Origin: an uncultured Chloroflexia bacterium
GTDB lineage: Bacteria; Chloroflexota; UBA6077; JACCZL01
Assembly: GCA_963765765.1 (NCBI GenBank)
Contig: CAVXYC010000007.1
Location: forward strand, 32,001-96,000
DNA length: 64,000 bases
Direction: 5' to 3'
Below the pieces are notes generated by a model. It was not told the DNA's origin. It did not search any database and saw only the letters and a list, made by a program, of their open reading frames with translations. The position numbers were made by a program, and so were the translations under genes. The stretch's first letter is position 1. Each line of letters opens with the position of its first letter. Positions 41,786-52,744 of the stretch are shown in pieces.

Positions 41786-42650
41786 ACGGCCACCCCCGCG
41801 CGGCGAGCCGCTTCACCGATAGCACGCTTCACAAAGACCCCCGTCACCTTGCGCTTGTACTCCTCGGAGCCGCGTACGTCGGCCAGAGGATCCGCTGCCG
41901 CCGCATACGCCGCGCCGACCTCGCCCAAAAGCTCCGGTGTGGGTAGCTGACCCATGAGCAGTGCTTCCGCCTCGGTCAGACGCAGCGGCCGCTCAGCAAC
42001 TGAGCCGGCCACGATACGCGCTTCGGCGATGCGATGCGCATCCACGCGGACCATGGCAGCGACGCCGACGGTCGGCCAATCAGTTGGCGTCAGCGAGCAG
42101 TACTTCAGATACGTTCCATGCCAACCAGGTTGAGGCGGGGGAACGATGATGGAGACGATCATCTCACCGGGCTCGAGTGCATTCTCATAGTGCCCGGTGA
42201 AGAAGTCTTCCACCGGCAGCTCACGAGAACCGCCCGACCCGCGAAGCTGCACCGAGGCGCCGAGCGCCACAAGGACAGGTGGAGGTCGAGATGCGGATCG
42301 GAGTGCGCTAGATGGCCGCCAAGGGTCGCGACGTTGCGCACGCGCACGTTGGCCACCTGCAGCAGCGCCTCGCGGAGGATTGTGAAGCGGTCGGCAACGA
42401 GCGATGACTGCTCGATTTGTCGAAGTGTCGCCGTGGCTCCGATAACTAGCGCGCCGTCTCGGTTCTCACATCCGCCGAGCTCGTCGATGTCGTTGACGCT
42501 CACCAGTACACCCGGACTGACGAGCCCCTGCTGCATGAGAATCAAAAGCATAGCCCCACCGGCGACGATCTGTGCGTCGTCGCCGTGCTCCTGGAGCAGG
42601 CCAATGGCCTCGGTCATCGTCCGAGGTTGAAAAAGATCAAAAGGTCGCAT
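41782..42650 (-). CDS. Mo-hydroxylase FAD-binding subunit (CoxM-like); frameshift near 42275
   Basis: AGGAML, IGATATL, RVRNVATLGG, DVRGSEEYK. Confidence 0.9.
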
Positions 42651-42872
42651 GGCTTCGTCAGGTTAGGGTCTGTGGTTTGGGGGAGTCAAGAAGATCCGGA
42701 GTCCGCCCGGTTGGACGTACGCCGGGCTGGGACCGGTGAGAGGCACGAGCTCCTCCAACCCCCTTGCCACATCTGGCGCGAAGACTTAGCATGGCGGACG
42801 GCCCGCTTGCCTGGAGACGCACCGCTGAATGACGTCCCCGGCTCAGGCTGTCTGGGAGAAGGGGAGTCCGTC

Positions 42873-43838
42873 ATGCCCGGTCTCGGTATCGTCTTTTCGC
42901 TGTTCTCGGCGGCGAGCTTCGGCATCAACGAAGCGATGACCCGGCGAGGCATGCAGGGAGCCTCCGCCTCTCAGGGTCTGTACATCACCGTCACGTTCGG
43001 TGTTCCGGCATTTCTTTTTGCGGCCGTCGTAACTGGGCAATTCGGCCAGGCTGGCGGCATCTCGCCGCTCGGGCTCGTATGGCTCGCCGCGGCAGGCGTC
43101 GTTCACTTTCTCGGTGGCAGGTACTGTAATTACCGTTCCATCGGCGCCATCGGTGCCAATCGCAGTCATCCCCTTCGCTCGACGGCGCTCCTGTATTCAG
43201 TATTTTTCGCCGTCGTCATACTGCATGAAGAGCTGACGCTCGGTCGGGCCCTTGGCGTGGTGCTCTTGACCACGGGCGCGCTGCTTATGGTGGACCGGAA
43301 ATCTGGGTCAAGTGCGCCCGGCGCGTCCGCCGCAACGGAAGCCGCTGCCTCGGGTGGAGTGGCGGTAGCGGTCGCGCCGGTCGAAGCGCCAAAGCGAACC
43401 ACGCTGAGCCTTGTTGAAGGCTACGGGTTCGGGTTGATGGCTGGTCTGATGTATGGCATCAGTCCGATCTTTATCAAGCTGGGCCTGGAGGGGAATAACA
43501 TCGGCTTATTCGGTGGCTTCGTCTCTTACCTGGCTGCGTCGGTTGTTCTGCTCTCCACTCTGCTGCGGCCTGGCCGAATGGCATATGTGCGCACTATGAA
43601 GCCTGAGCACGCACGCTGGTTCCTCGGAAGCGGGACGTTCGTCTTTCTCGCGCAGATGTTCCGATACCTGGCGCTGGGCATTGAATCGGTCACGCTCGTA
43701 TCGGCGCTTGGGCAGCTCAATGGCATATTTACTCTCGCGTTTTCCGCAACAGTAAATCGCCATCTCGAGAACTTCCGTCGCGAAACCATCATCGGCGTGA
43801 TCTTTTCCGTGATTGGCGGCATCGCCCTGGCGTTCTAG
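42873..43838 (+). CDS. DMT/EamA-family transporter
   Basis: About 10 TM segments in two repeats; start moved to ATG after GGGGAG. Confidence 0.8.
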   Translation: MPGLGIVFSLFSAASFGINEAMTRRGMQGASASQGLYITVTFGVPAFLFAAVVTGQFGQAGGISPLGLVWLAAAGVVHFLGGRYCNYRSIGAIGANRSHPLRSTALLYSVFFAVVILHEELTLGRALGVVLLTTGALLMVDRKSGSSAPGASAATEAAASGGVAVAVAPVEAPKRTTLSLVEGYGFGLMAGLMYGISPIFIKLGLEGNNIGLFGGFVSYLAASVVLLSTLLRPGRMAYVRTMKPEHARWFLGSGTFVFLAQMFRYLALGIESVTLVSALGQLNGIFTLAFSATVNRHLENFRRETIIGVIFSVIGGIALAF

Positions 43839-44006
43839 CGCCTGGATTTTCCGGTGGAAGTATCTTCTGGACTGTCCCACCGGAGCACTGTGATTCGATC
43901 GATACATCAGCTGCCTTTGCAATTGACGACTTCGAGAGATCAGGACCCGTAAGCTAGAGCAACACATCGCGGAATCTTCAGTTCGACGCATTCGTCGGAG
44001 GCCGTT

Positions 44007-44183
44007 ATGGATCCCAGGACCAGCCTCACTTCCGTTGGGTTTTCCACCGCCGCGGTCCGCGCGCTGCGCAAGCTCAAAAAGCGCTACGCGGCCGGCGAGA
44101 TGGGCGAAACGTTTGACGAAACCGAGCGTCGTCGCCTTCTCTTTTTGCGATGGCTCCTCGGAGAGAATCGCGTTCCAAGATAG
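44007..44183 (+). CDS. 58-aa small protein (below ORF-track cutoff)
   Basis: GGAGG RBS; MDPRTSLTSVGFSTAAVRALRKLKKRYAAGEMGETFDETERRRLLFLRWLLGENRVPR. Confidence 0.6.
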   Translation: MDPRTSLTSVGFSTAAVRALRKLKKRYAAGEMGETFDETERRRLLFLRWLLGENRVPR

Positions 44184-44259
44184 CGAACCGAGTTGAGCCA
44201 TGTCCGGGGCCGGGCCGACACGATGTCGGCGGTCCTGATTCATGCTGGCCCTAATCGAC

Positions 44260-44490
44260 ACGTCGCCCCGGACGTCGTTGCCCTGCCGTCCACCAGTGCG
44301 ATCTCTGTGCTGGTGCCACATATATCGAGGGTAATCACGTTTTGAAAGCCAGAGACGTCCGCGAGGCGTGCACCCGCGATGACGCCCGCGGCCGGTCCGG
44401 AAAGGATCGTTGTTACCGCTCGATCTGCCGCGCTTCCGAACGACGTGATCCCGCCGTTCGACTGCATAACGTAGCGCTGGCGTGGCGGTA
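44260..44490 (-). pseudogene. Hydantoinase/oxoprolinase A fragment
   Basis: MQSNGG...TILSGPAAGV.....VITLDICGTSTEIALV only. Confidence 0.75.
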
Positions 44491-44583
44491 GATCGCAAGC
44501 AAGCGGAGATCCCCATGCACCGCAATGTCGCCGAACCGCTGAGCCTCTCGGTGGAGGAAGCGGCGGTAGCGCGCCATCCAGGC

Positions 44584-44873
44584 CTATTCAGAAGTTGGAA
44601 TGACGCGCTCGTCAAGTCGCTCCTGATCGGCCTGTCGAGCATCATGCACCCACGCCGCGGCGGACTCCTGGGACTCCCAGTCCGGGGTAGACACGTCTCT
44701 CAGCGAGCCCGCCAATCGATGCGCGACCGACACGAGACGCATGCGCCGAAGTTTCTCTCCTCGGCAGCCTCCGCGAGGCATCTGCTCCGCTCCCTAGGTC
44801 CAACGACTGAATCGATGGCGTCCATAAGATCCTTCGGGAAGGTGATATGAGCGCGGGCGGTTTCACTTGACAT
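44584..44873 (-). CDS. Ribbon-helix-helix antitoxin-like protein; frameshifted, no toxin adjacent
   Basis: MSSETARAHITFPKDLMDAIDSVVGPRERSR..AEAAEEKLRR..LAGSL...PDWES..AAWV. Confidence 0.6.
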
Positions 44874-44966
44874 ATGCGTCTCGAAACATCACGTGGGATA
44901 AGGATATCTCACAGAAGTGGGACATCCTTATCCGGAAGCCTGCAACTGGCCCTGGCGTTCACATCG

Positions 44967-45968
44967 CTACAGCCCCAGCAGCGACTCCAGGTTCTGCCAG
45001 AGAATCTTGTCCTTCTCCTCCGGGGACACCGATTCCAGGCCCTGGAGCCAGGTGACGGGCGAGGGGTGCCAGGGGACAAACGGCCAGTCACTACCAAGCA
45101 CCACGCGGTCGGCGCCGACCTGGTCCAGCAGGAAGCGCAGGGCGGCTTCGTTGCCAACGACCGTGTCGTAGAAGAGCTGACGCTGGTAGGAGCTAGGAGC
45201 TCTTGGGATTGTACGTCGCTCGGCCAGAGTACCCTGCCAGCCGCGGTCAATCCGTCCCATAGCGTAACAAGCGGGACCTCCGCCGTGGGCAATGCAGGCT
45301 TTCAGATCAGGGCAGACTTCAAGGATGCCACCCAGGATGAGAACGGCCACGACGATGGCGTCTTCAACGATGACGCCAAGGCTGTTCGAGAGTCCGTGGG
45401 AGCCGGCCCGCTCCATCATGAAGTTGTGCTGCGGCTGCGGATGGAAGAAGAGCACCGCACCTAGCGACTCGGCAGCCTTGAACAATGGTAGAAAGCGAGG
45501 CTCGTCCCAGTTGGCGCCGTTCACGATGGTGTCTAGCTCGGCGCCCTTCAAGCCCAGCTCAGTGACGGCTCGCTCGAGCTCCTTGATCGCCGCGTCAACA
45601 TCCTGCACGGGCAGCGTGGCCAGTCCGGCAAAGCGCGTCGGATGCTGGCGCGTCATCTCCGCGATCTCGTCATTTACCTCGCGCGCCAGCGCGCTGCCCT
45701 GTGCCGAATCCAGGTGATATCCCATGAATGGCGTGTGAATCGACACGACCTGCATGTCGACGCCCAGCGCATCCATGTCCTGAATTCGCTCATCGGGCGT
45801 CAGACGCACCTTGGGCGAGGCGAAACCGGTGCGCTTGCCGTTGGTGCCGATAACTGTGCCAAGACCATCGCCAGGCTCCAGACGAAAGCCGTACCAATCA
45901 CGTTGTGCTTCCGCCGCCGACCATAACGATCGTGGTACCAGATGCGCGTGGATATCAATCGATTTCAT
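44967..45968 (-). CDS. Amidohydrolase-2 family (ACMSD-like decarboxylase)
   Basis: IDIHAH, FHP, AHGGG, LGSDWPF. Confidence 0.9.
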   Translation of the reverse strand: MKSIDIHAHLVPRSLWSAAEAQRDWYGFRLEPGDGLGTVIGTNGKRTGFASPKVRLTPDERIQDMDALGVDMQVVSIHTPFMGYHLDSAQGSALAREVNDEIAEMTRQHPTRFAGLATLPVQDVDAAIKELERAVTELGLKGAELDTIVNGANWDEPRFLPLFKAAESLGAVLFFHPQPQHNFMMERAGSHGLSNSLGVIVEDAIVVAVLILGGILEVCPDLKACIAHGGGPACYAMGRIDRGWQGTLAERRTIPRAPSSYQRQLFYDTVVGNEAALRFLLDQVGADRVVLGSDWPFVPWHPSPVTWLQGLESVSPEEKDKILWQNLESLLGL

Positions 45969-46088
45969 GGATGAAGCCCCCGTCATGTGCGTGCGCTGCG
46001 AGTAGCAATGTACCGCGTTCTACATCACGGTGGGTCAGAAATCGAACTACCTTATAGTGAGCAACGGATCACACCAGGAGCAGAAGGC

Positions 46089-46535
46089 ATGGACAACCTG
46101 GTGACCTGGCTGGCCCGCTGGGTGCACGTCTCATCCGCGGCGTTCTGGGTCGGCGGCTTCGCCGTTCTCGCATTGGTCATCGTTCCCTACCTCCGTCGCG
46201 CCCCGAGCGCGGCGGTAAACGACGTTGCCATTCGACTCGTGCGCGTGCTCTCCTTTTCGGGCCTCGTCACACTCTTGAGTGGTTTCACCCTGGTTCATGT
46301 GACGCGAGGATTTGGATCCATCCTGCGCGGAGAGTGGGGTGGCATCATCATCAGCGCGATCGTCCTCGCCATCGCCCTGGGAGCAATCGGCGACGCCGCA
46401 TTACGCCCGAGCCTGAGACGAGCCAAAGACGATCCGACTCAGTTTCAACGCGCCCAACGCCTGGCGATGCTGGGACTTGTGCTAAGCATCGTCACTATCG
46501 CACTGATGACCCGCGCAATATATGCCCGGTCGTAA
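46089..46535 (+). CDS. Four-TM membrane protein (CopD-like N-terminus)
   Basis: RWVHV.SAAFWVGG. Confidence 0.65.
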   Translation: MDNLVTWLARWVHVSSAAFWVGGFAVLALVIVPYLRRAPSAAVNDVAIRLVRVLSFSGLVTLLSGFTLVHVTRGFGSILRGEWGGIIISAIVLAIALGAIGDAALRPSLRRAKDDPTQFQRAQRLAMLGLVLSIVTIALMTRAIYARS

Positions 46536-46567
46536 TCACGCACCGGAGAACACTGGAGGATTTCTCA

Positions 46568-47728
46568 ATGGCTGACAACGCTCCAACCGCTCTCGATCTC
46601 ATGCGCGTGGACCAGGTGGGTAGTCTGCTCCGCCCGGATTCGCTCAAACAGGCATTCGACCAACGCCGCGAAGGTGCGATCACGGATGAGCAGCTACGAG
46701 AAGCGCAAGACAGCGCCATCCGTGAGGTCGTACGCAAGCAAGAATCGCTAAAGCTTCCGATCATCACGGACGGCGAGTTTCGGCGAGGAAATTTTCAGGA
46801 CAGCTTTGCCGAGTCAGTCACAGGCTACGCCGGTGCTCTGCGCTCCGTGGAGTACAAGGAATATCAGCACACCAACGTGCAAGCGCTGACTCGCCGTGAT
46901 GTTGACCATAGCCAGCCTGGTGCCCCGGTAGTGACTCGACGCGCCGCGGCCGAGCGGCTCAGCGTCGTTCGCAACTTCCCATTCGAGGAATACCGCTTCA
47001 CGAATCGGCTCACGTTTAAGCCGATCAAGGTGACGCTGGTCGGCCCAGACCGGATCTCTCAGCGCTTCGACTGGCAGCAATCCCAGGGCGTTTACGATGG
47101 CCTGGACGATTTTGCGCACCACGTCGCCGAGCTGGAGCATGAGATGGTGCACGATCTAGCATACGCGGGCTGCCGCTATATCCATATCGATGAGCCCGGC
47201 TACACCGCATACGTAGACGAGAAGTCGATAGCGGAGATGCGGGAACGAGGCGAAGACCCCGTCCGGAACCTGACACGCTCGATCGAAGCTGACAACGAAG
47301 TCATTGGACACTTCGATGGCATTACGTTTGGCATTCATCTCTGCCGTGGCAACGCCCGCAGCATGTGGCACCGCGAGGGTCACTATGACGCCATCGCGGA
47401 GCAGCTATTCAATGGACTAAAGGCGCAGCGGCTACTCCTGGAATACGACAGCGACCGCGCTGGGAGTTTTGCGCCACTGCGATTCGTGCCGAAGGGGAAA
47501 GTCGCGGTACTGGGCCTCATCACCACCAAGACGCCCCAGGTGGAGACGGTAGATGAGCTGAAACGCCGACTCGATGAGGCCGCGAATTACCTACCGCTGG
47601 AGCAGTTAGCGATTAGCCCTCAGTGCGGCTTTGCGTCAGGTATCGAGGGCAATCTACTGAGCGAAGACGATCAGTGGCGGAAGCTCGAAGTCATGCTGGA
47701 AACCGCGAGTCAGGTATGGGGTGCCTAA
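46568..47728 (+). CDS. Cobalamin-independent methionine synthase II-family (single-barrel MetE-like) protein
   Basis: VGSLLRP, TDGEFRR, HLCRGN, LEYD, SPQCGFAS. Confidence 0.9.
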   Translation: MADNAPTALDLMRVDQVGSLLRPDSLKQAFDQRREGAITDEQLREAQDSAIREVVRKQESLKLPIITDGEFRRGNFQDSFAESVTGYAGALRSVEYKEYQHTNVQALTRRDVDHSQPGAPVVTRRAAAERLSVVRNFPFEEYRFTNRLTFKPIKVTLVGPDRISQRFDWQQSQGVYDGLDDFAHHVAELEHEMVHDLAYAGCRYIHIDEPGYTAYVDEKSIAEMRERGEDPVRNLTRSIEADNEVIGHFDGITFGIHLCRGNARSMWHREGHYDAIAEQLFNGLKAQRLLLEYDSDRAGSFAPLRFVPKGKVAVLGLITTKTPQVETVDELKRRLDEAANYLPLEQLAISPQCGFASGIEGNLLSEDDQWRKLEVMLETASQVWGA

Positions 47729-47775
47729 CTAACGAGCGCGATGTATACGCTAGAGATCGGCTCGCGAACTTGAGC

Positions 47776-48939
47776 CTACTGCCCGGAGAAGAATAGTTTC
47801 TCGTACTTCTTCGTCCGCTCACCGATCTCCTTGAACTGCTCGGGCGTGTCAATGCGCGGAAGCAGCGCAACGCCATCGAGGTCCGCCTCGAATTCTTGAG
47901 CCTTTACGCCCTTGCGGATTGGTCCCTGACCCACTCCGGCTAACTCCTGCTGACCCTCTTCGGAGAGGCTCCACTCGAGCCAGAGCTTGGCGGCGTTTGG
48001 GTGCGGAGCATTCTTGATGAGCGACTGCGCGTTCTGACTGATCCCTACGCCATCAGCCAGCTTGACATACTTAATCGGCGCGCCCGATTGACGCTGCTTC
48101 ACGATGTCAGCTGTCACTCCCGACAGGTAGAGCAAGTATTCGCCCCGGGAAAGCCCCGCTAGAAGCGGTCCGGCCTGCGTGGCGAAGAACGGCTTCTGCT
48201 CAGCCAGCTTGTTGAGGAACTCATCGCCATACAGAATGTCGAGGCCTGCCATGATTGGGTTTCCGGGCCCGCTCCCACGGGGGTCATCCATGCAGATCTT
48301 TCCTCGCCACTTTGGATCGAGGATGTCGTTCCACACCTTCGGCTCCTGGTCCGGTGGCACGAGAGTGGTGTTGATGGTCAGAGACAGCAACCCGACCGTG
48401 CGGGAGTTGAGATAGTCCGTTGAGAACGCCAGCTCTGGACGAACGTCCCCGGCAAACTTCGATCGATAAGGCTCCACGTAGCCGGCCTCAGCCAGCTCGT
48501 TCTGGGTGCTGAAGCCTGAGATTATGATGTCCACAGAATAGGCACGGGCCTGTTGCTCGGCGAACACCTTCTCGCGACTCTCACGGCCACGCTGATCAAT
48601 GCCCTCGAGCTCGATGCCCGGGTACCGGCGCTGAAAGGCCGCTTTGAGAGGATCCCAGAGCTCCTTGGGCCCGACACCGTAGAGGACAAGTTTTCCTTCT
48701 GCCTTCGCCGCGTCGTAGTACTTTGCGCGGGCATCTGCCAATGGGTCCGCCGAATCAGCCTTGGCCGCCGGAGCGTCCGCCGGCTCTTGGGGCACTACCG
48801 CGGTGGCCGAGACCGAAGGCGCACTGGTCGGCTTCGCAGGTACCGGCGTTGGTGACGCAGCCATCGGTGGCGTACATCCAACCAGAGCGACAATCGAAAA
48901 TAGGCTCAAGCCGAGCCGCTGAGTGACAGACCTACGCAT
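47776..48939 (-). CDS. Extracellular solute-binding lipoprotein (Fe/thiamine-type ABC)
   Basis: LVGC lipobox, AKAEGKL, W.DILDPKWRG, APHPNAAKL. Confidence 0.85.
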   Translation of the reverse strand: MRRSVTQRLGLSLFSIVALVGCTPPMAASPTPVPAKPTSAPSVSATAVVPQEPADAPAAKADSADPLADARAKYYDAAKAEGKLVLYGVGPKELWDPLKAAFQRRYPGIELEGIDQRGRESREKVFAEQQARAYSVDIIISGFSTQNELAEAGYVEPYRSKFAGDVRPELAFSTDYLNSRTVGLLSLTINTTLVPPDQEPKVWNDILDPKWRGKICMDDPRGSGPGNPIMAGLDILYGDEFLNKLAEQKPFFATQAGPLLAGLSRGEYLLYLSGVTADIVKQRQSGAPIKYVKLADGVGISQNAQSLIKNAPHPNAAKLWLEWSLSEEGQQELAGVGQGPIRKGVKAQEFEADLDGVALLPRIDTPEQFKEIGERTKKYEKLFFSGQ

Positions 48940-49094
48940 CGGTATGCCTCCACGGCCGCAAAAAGCAGCCCACGTCATAACGCCCGAACGGTGGTTCGTC
49001 GCTAGTCACTGCAGAGTTTCATGCCAAGATTGAGTCCACTGTACCGCGAGCGCGGGCGCTTGGCGAGGCGGAGAGAAGACGAGCTAGGCCAGAT

Positions 49095-49754
49095 TCATGT
49101 CCGCTCGGGACGCTCTCCAGCGTGCTCCATGACCCGACGGGCCCAATCACGCCAAGGGTCAGAGAGCTGGGGTACCGTCAATAGCCGCCCGGCTTCAATT
49201 CGATCGTGAGAGAAGATTCGAAAAACGTCGCGAATTGTTAAGTCGTGCGCTGGTCGATAGATGACACGAATGGTGTCGCCGGCGGCTAGCTCACCTTCGG
49301 TCACGATGCGGAGATAAGCGCCAGGCCGAAGCGCATCAGTGAAGCGGCGCGGAAACAGTTTGTCGTCCATGCGTACGCCGAGCCGCCAGCATGGGACGCG
49401 CGGCTCTGAGACCTCGAGTACTGTCGTCCCCACGGCCCACCGCTCACCCACAAGGGCGTTTGTGACGTCAATCCCTTCGGTCGTCAGGTTCTCGCCGAAG
49501 TTACCTGCTTGGAGCTCGCGCCCGAGCTGCTGCGACCACCATTCCAGGTCTTCGCCGGCGTACGCGTACACAGCCTTATCTGGGCCGCCATGTGCTTCGC
49601 GATCAGCCTGATCGTCACCTTCGAGATTGACGCCGCGCACCACCACTGGCCCTGCTACAGGCTGCTTCCAGATCGCGCTCCTGGCGGGGTGGCCATTGAA
49701 GTCGAATTCACGAGAGCGGCCGACCTGCACAGAGCGTAGCGTCCCATAGTCCAT
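49095..49754 (-). CDS. MOSC-domain protein (YiiM-like)
   Basis: GDDQAD..HGGPDKA, FGENLT, PRVPCWRL. Confidence 0.9.
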   Translation of the reverse strand: MDYGTLRSVQVGRSREFDFNGHPARSAIWKQPVAGPVVVRGVNLEGDDQADREAHGGPDKAVYAYAGEDLEWWSQQLGRELQAGNFGENLTTEGIDVTNALVGERWAVGTTVLEVSEPRVPCWRLGVRMDDKLFPRRFTDALRPGAYLRIVTEGELAAGDTIRVIYRPAHDLTIRDVFRIFSHDRIEAGRLLTVPQLSDPWRDWARRVMEHAGERPERT

Positions 49755-50131
49755 TGCCTTGACCTGCTTCATTGGATGCGTCACCGACCAGAGCGCAAGC
49801 TGCGAAGGCAGCCGCCTCTCATTCACTGCTAGCGCGGAGCCCGGCCCGCACACTCCAGAATCGCAACTGCCTCTGAAAACGCTCTTGCGCCACGGGCTAT
49901 TCCGAATGCATCGGCAAGACAGGCCGGAAGCTCCTTCGACATGACACTGGATGGCAGGGATGCCGTGGAGATGTCAGAAAACCCTTGAAGTAAAGGTCGA
50001 TTAGGTTGGAGATGACACATCCACGGATAGCTGATCGGCGGTCGAGGAACGAGTCGGCTGGGCGCGATGCCAGTGGCGTTCATTTCTATTCACTTTTTCA
50101 CTCACTGACCCGCGGAAGTTGGCGCTCGGCG

Positions 50132-51070
50132 TTAGCCGCCTCTCACCAGCCCGGCTACCTCGTCGCGCTCCTCCGCGGTCAGTGTCCATTCTCCCGCCGC
50201 GGCGTTTTCAATGACCTGGGCTGGATTGCGCGCACCCACGATGACGCTGGAGACGATCGGGTGAGCCAGGAGCCAGGCGATGGCGAGCTGGCCCACCGTA
50301 CGGCCACGAGATTCGGCCCATGGTTTCAGCGCGTCCACGGCGTCCAACATCTGGCCTGTAAGCATGCGGGCAATGCGAGGATTGTCGGCTGCGCGAGTGC
50401 CGGGTTGGGGCGGCTCGCCGCGCTGATACTTGCCGGTGAGCACGCCGCTGCCCATGGGGCGGTATGGAACAATCCCGACACCTAGCGTCGCGCAAGCGTC
50501 CTCTAGATGTGGGTCATCCAGTCCGTCGACCACATTCCAGGCTGGCTGAATGACCGCCCATCGACTCAGGCCTAGCCGCTCCTGCACGCCCAGCGCCTGA
50601 GCCATCTGCCACGCTTGCCAGTTGGAGCAGCCCAGATACCGAACCTTGCCCTGATGCACCAGATCGTCAAATGCGCGCACGGACTCCTCGATCGGCGTCT
50701 CCCGATCGAATTGGTGAGCGTAGAAAAGGTCCAGATAGTCCGTGTTCATCCGCTTGAGCGACGCTTCGACACCGTCCATGATGTGTTTCCGCGAGAGACC
50801 TCGGTCGTTGGGCCCGTCTCCTACGCGTGAGGCGACCTTGCTTGCGATGACCATGTCATGCCGGTGCCCCGCCACGGCCTTGCCAACGAACTCCTCGGAC
50901 TTGCCATTGCCGTATCCGTCCGCCGAGTCGATGTGGTTGACTCCCAGCTGCATGGCCTGATGAATCACAGCAATGCTCACGGCCTCATCCGCCGTATTGC
51001 CAAACGTATTGCCGCCCAGGCCGATGGCTGAGACTTTGATCCCAGTCGTTCCGAGTTGTCGGTACTCCAT
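50132..51070 (-). CDS. Aldo/keto reductase
   Basis: DSADGYG..SEE, SLKRMNTDYLDL, GKVRYLGCSN. Confidence 0.95.
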   Translation of the reverse strand: MEYRQLGTTGIKVSAIGLGGNTFGNTADEAVSIAVIHQAMQLGVNHIDSADGYGNGKSEEFVGKAVAGHRHDMVIASKVASRVGDGPNDRGLSRKHIMDGVEASLKRMNTDYLDLFYAHQFDRETPIEESVRAFDDLVHQGKVRYLGCSNWQAWQMAQALGVQERLGLSRWAVIQPAWNVVDGLDDPHLEDACATLGVGIVPYRPMGSGVLTGKYQRGEPPQPGTRAADNPRIARMLTGQMLDAVDALKPWAESRGRTVGQLAIAWLLAHPIVSSVIVGARNPAQVIENAAAGEWTLTAEERDEVAGLVRGG

Positions 51071-51259
51071 GCTTCACCCCTCGCGGAGCGATTCTAGCAG
51101 CCCAATCACCGCGGCATGCTCCCGAACGGGACCGCTGACATCCCGTCGGAGGTCCCGGCATTCCGGGCCGAAGGGCGGCTTCGGTTGATGGACGGAGCAT
51201 GCGCGATTCGGGCGCATCGCCCGAATCTCTGGTCGCGATATCCCTGGTAGCATTGCCCC

Positions 51260-52532
51260 GTGACACATTCTCATGAGCATCTCGCCGAGCCACAGGGCGG
51301 CCGCCTGGGCGCGTTCGAGTCACGCGATTTCCGCCTCTACTGGGTCGCAACGCTGGTGCAGCAATCGGCCAACTGGATGCAAAACGTCGCCGTTGCCTGG
51401 CTGCTCCTGGAGATGACGAACTCGCCCATGTTGCTCGGGCTTAACTGGCTCTTCCAGTCCGTTCCGTTCATCTGCTCTTCGATGGTCGCCGGTGCCGTGG
51501 CCGACCGGATGAATCGTCGCAAGCTGCTCGATGATCACGCAAACCGGCTTGTGTATTGTCTCGTTCACACAAGCGGTGCTTGTGTCTCATGGGACTCATT
51601 CAGGTCTGGCAGGTGTACCTGCTCAGCGCGCTCAGCCTCACCTGCGCAGGTTTTGAGTCCGCTGCCCGACAGACCTTCATTCCCAGTCTCGTGCCCGCGC
51701 AGACACCTTGCCAGCGCCATTGCACTGCACACTAGCCTGCATCGAAGCACTTCCGTCATTGGACCGGTTCTCGGCGGGATTTGCCATCGCCGCTTTCGGC
51801 GTGGCTGGAGCGCTCTCGTGGAACACGCTCGGTTACGCGCTTCTCATCGGCTCGGTATTCTGGACGCGCGCCGAAGTCGCCGCCCGCATCCAGCCGAGGC
51901 TCGCTGTGGCAATCCATGGTGGACGGGTTCATGCACGTTCGCCAGCGGCCGATGCTCTGGGGGCTGCTCATGCTGCAGGCATCAGCCAGCCTTTTCGCCA
52001 GCTACACCGCCATGCTGCCGATCTATGCACGCGACATTTTGCAGATTGGCCCGGAGGGACTGGGTTGGCTGCATTCAATGATCGGCGCCGGCAGCATTGT
52101 CGGCATGGTGCTGTTCATCGCCTTTCAGCAACACGGCCTCCCGCGGACGCACGATTCTGATCGGAAGCTTCTTGTTTCCCGTGCTTCCTCATCGCGTTCG
52201 GCCTGTCGACCAACGTATGGCTCTCCATGGGCTTACTGTTTCTCGCCGGTGGAGTGGATTCGTTCGCCGGAACGGCTCGAAGTACGCTCAATCAGCTCGC
52301 CGTCGATGATCGCTACCGCGGCAGAGTCATGGCGCTTTCCTCGATCTCAAATCGGGGTCTCTCGCAACTGGGCAACGTGCCTTCCGGTATCGCGGCCAGC
52401 ATGATTGGAGCGCCAGCATCGCTGGTTCTCGGCAGCGTCATCGCAGCGGCCTACGTTCTCTGGGCAGCATTCCGAATTCCCGAGCTTAGCGGACGAGCGA
52501 GGCGCGACAGACAGCAGAGCCTGTGGCCGTGA
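51260..52532 (+). CDS. MFS transporter (MFS_3-like); several frameshifts
   Basis: RDFRLYW, WMQNVA..W, GAVADRMNRR, YRGRVMA across ORF pieces. Confidence 0.8.
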
Positions 52533-52582
52533 TGGATGCGATTCCGGTCTCGGTGCCCGAGCGGCGGTAGCGATCGCGTTCT

Positions 52583-52645
52583 TGGTGGTGTCGGGCATCT
52601 TGCCCGACAGTGTGCGGTCGTCGGGCAAGATGCCCGACACCACCA
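52583..52645. repeat. REP-like perfect 26-bp inverted pair
   Basis: TGGTGGTGTCGGGCATCTTGCCCGAC / GTCGGGCAAGATGCCCGACACCACCA. Confidence 0.9.
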
Positions 52646-52744
52646 GTTTGATAGTTGCAGCTTGATCGAATTCGGGCGCAATAGCTTGCTCATGGCCGGA
52701 CCGCGGGTGTTGAATGAACGTAACTCGGTGTGGAGCGTGTCGGC

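Noticed and set aside
46568-47728. Calling this gene metE
   Set aside because: Only the single catalytic barrel is present; methyl donor and function are uncertain
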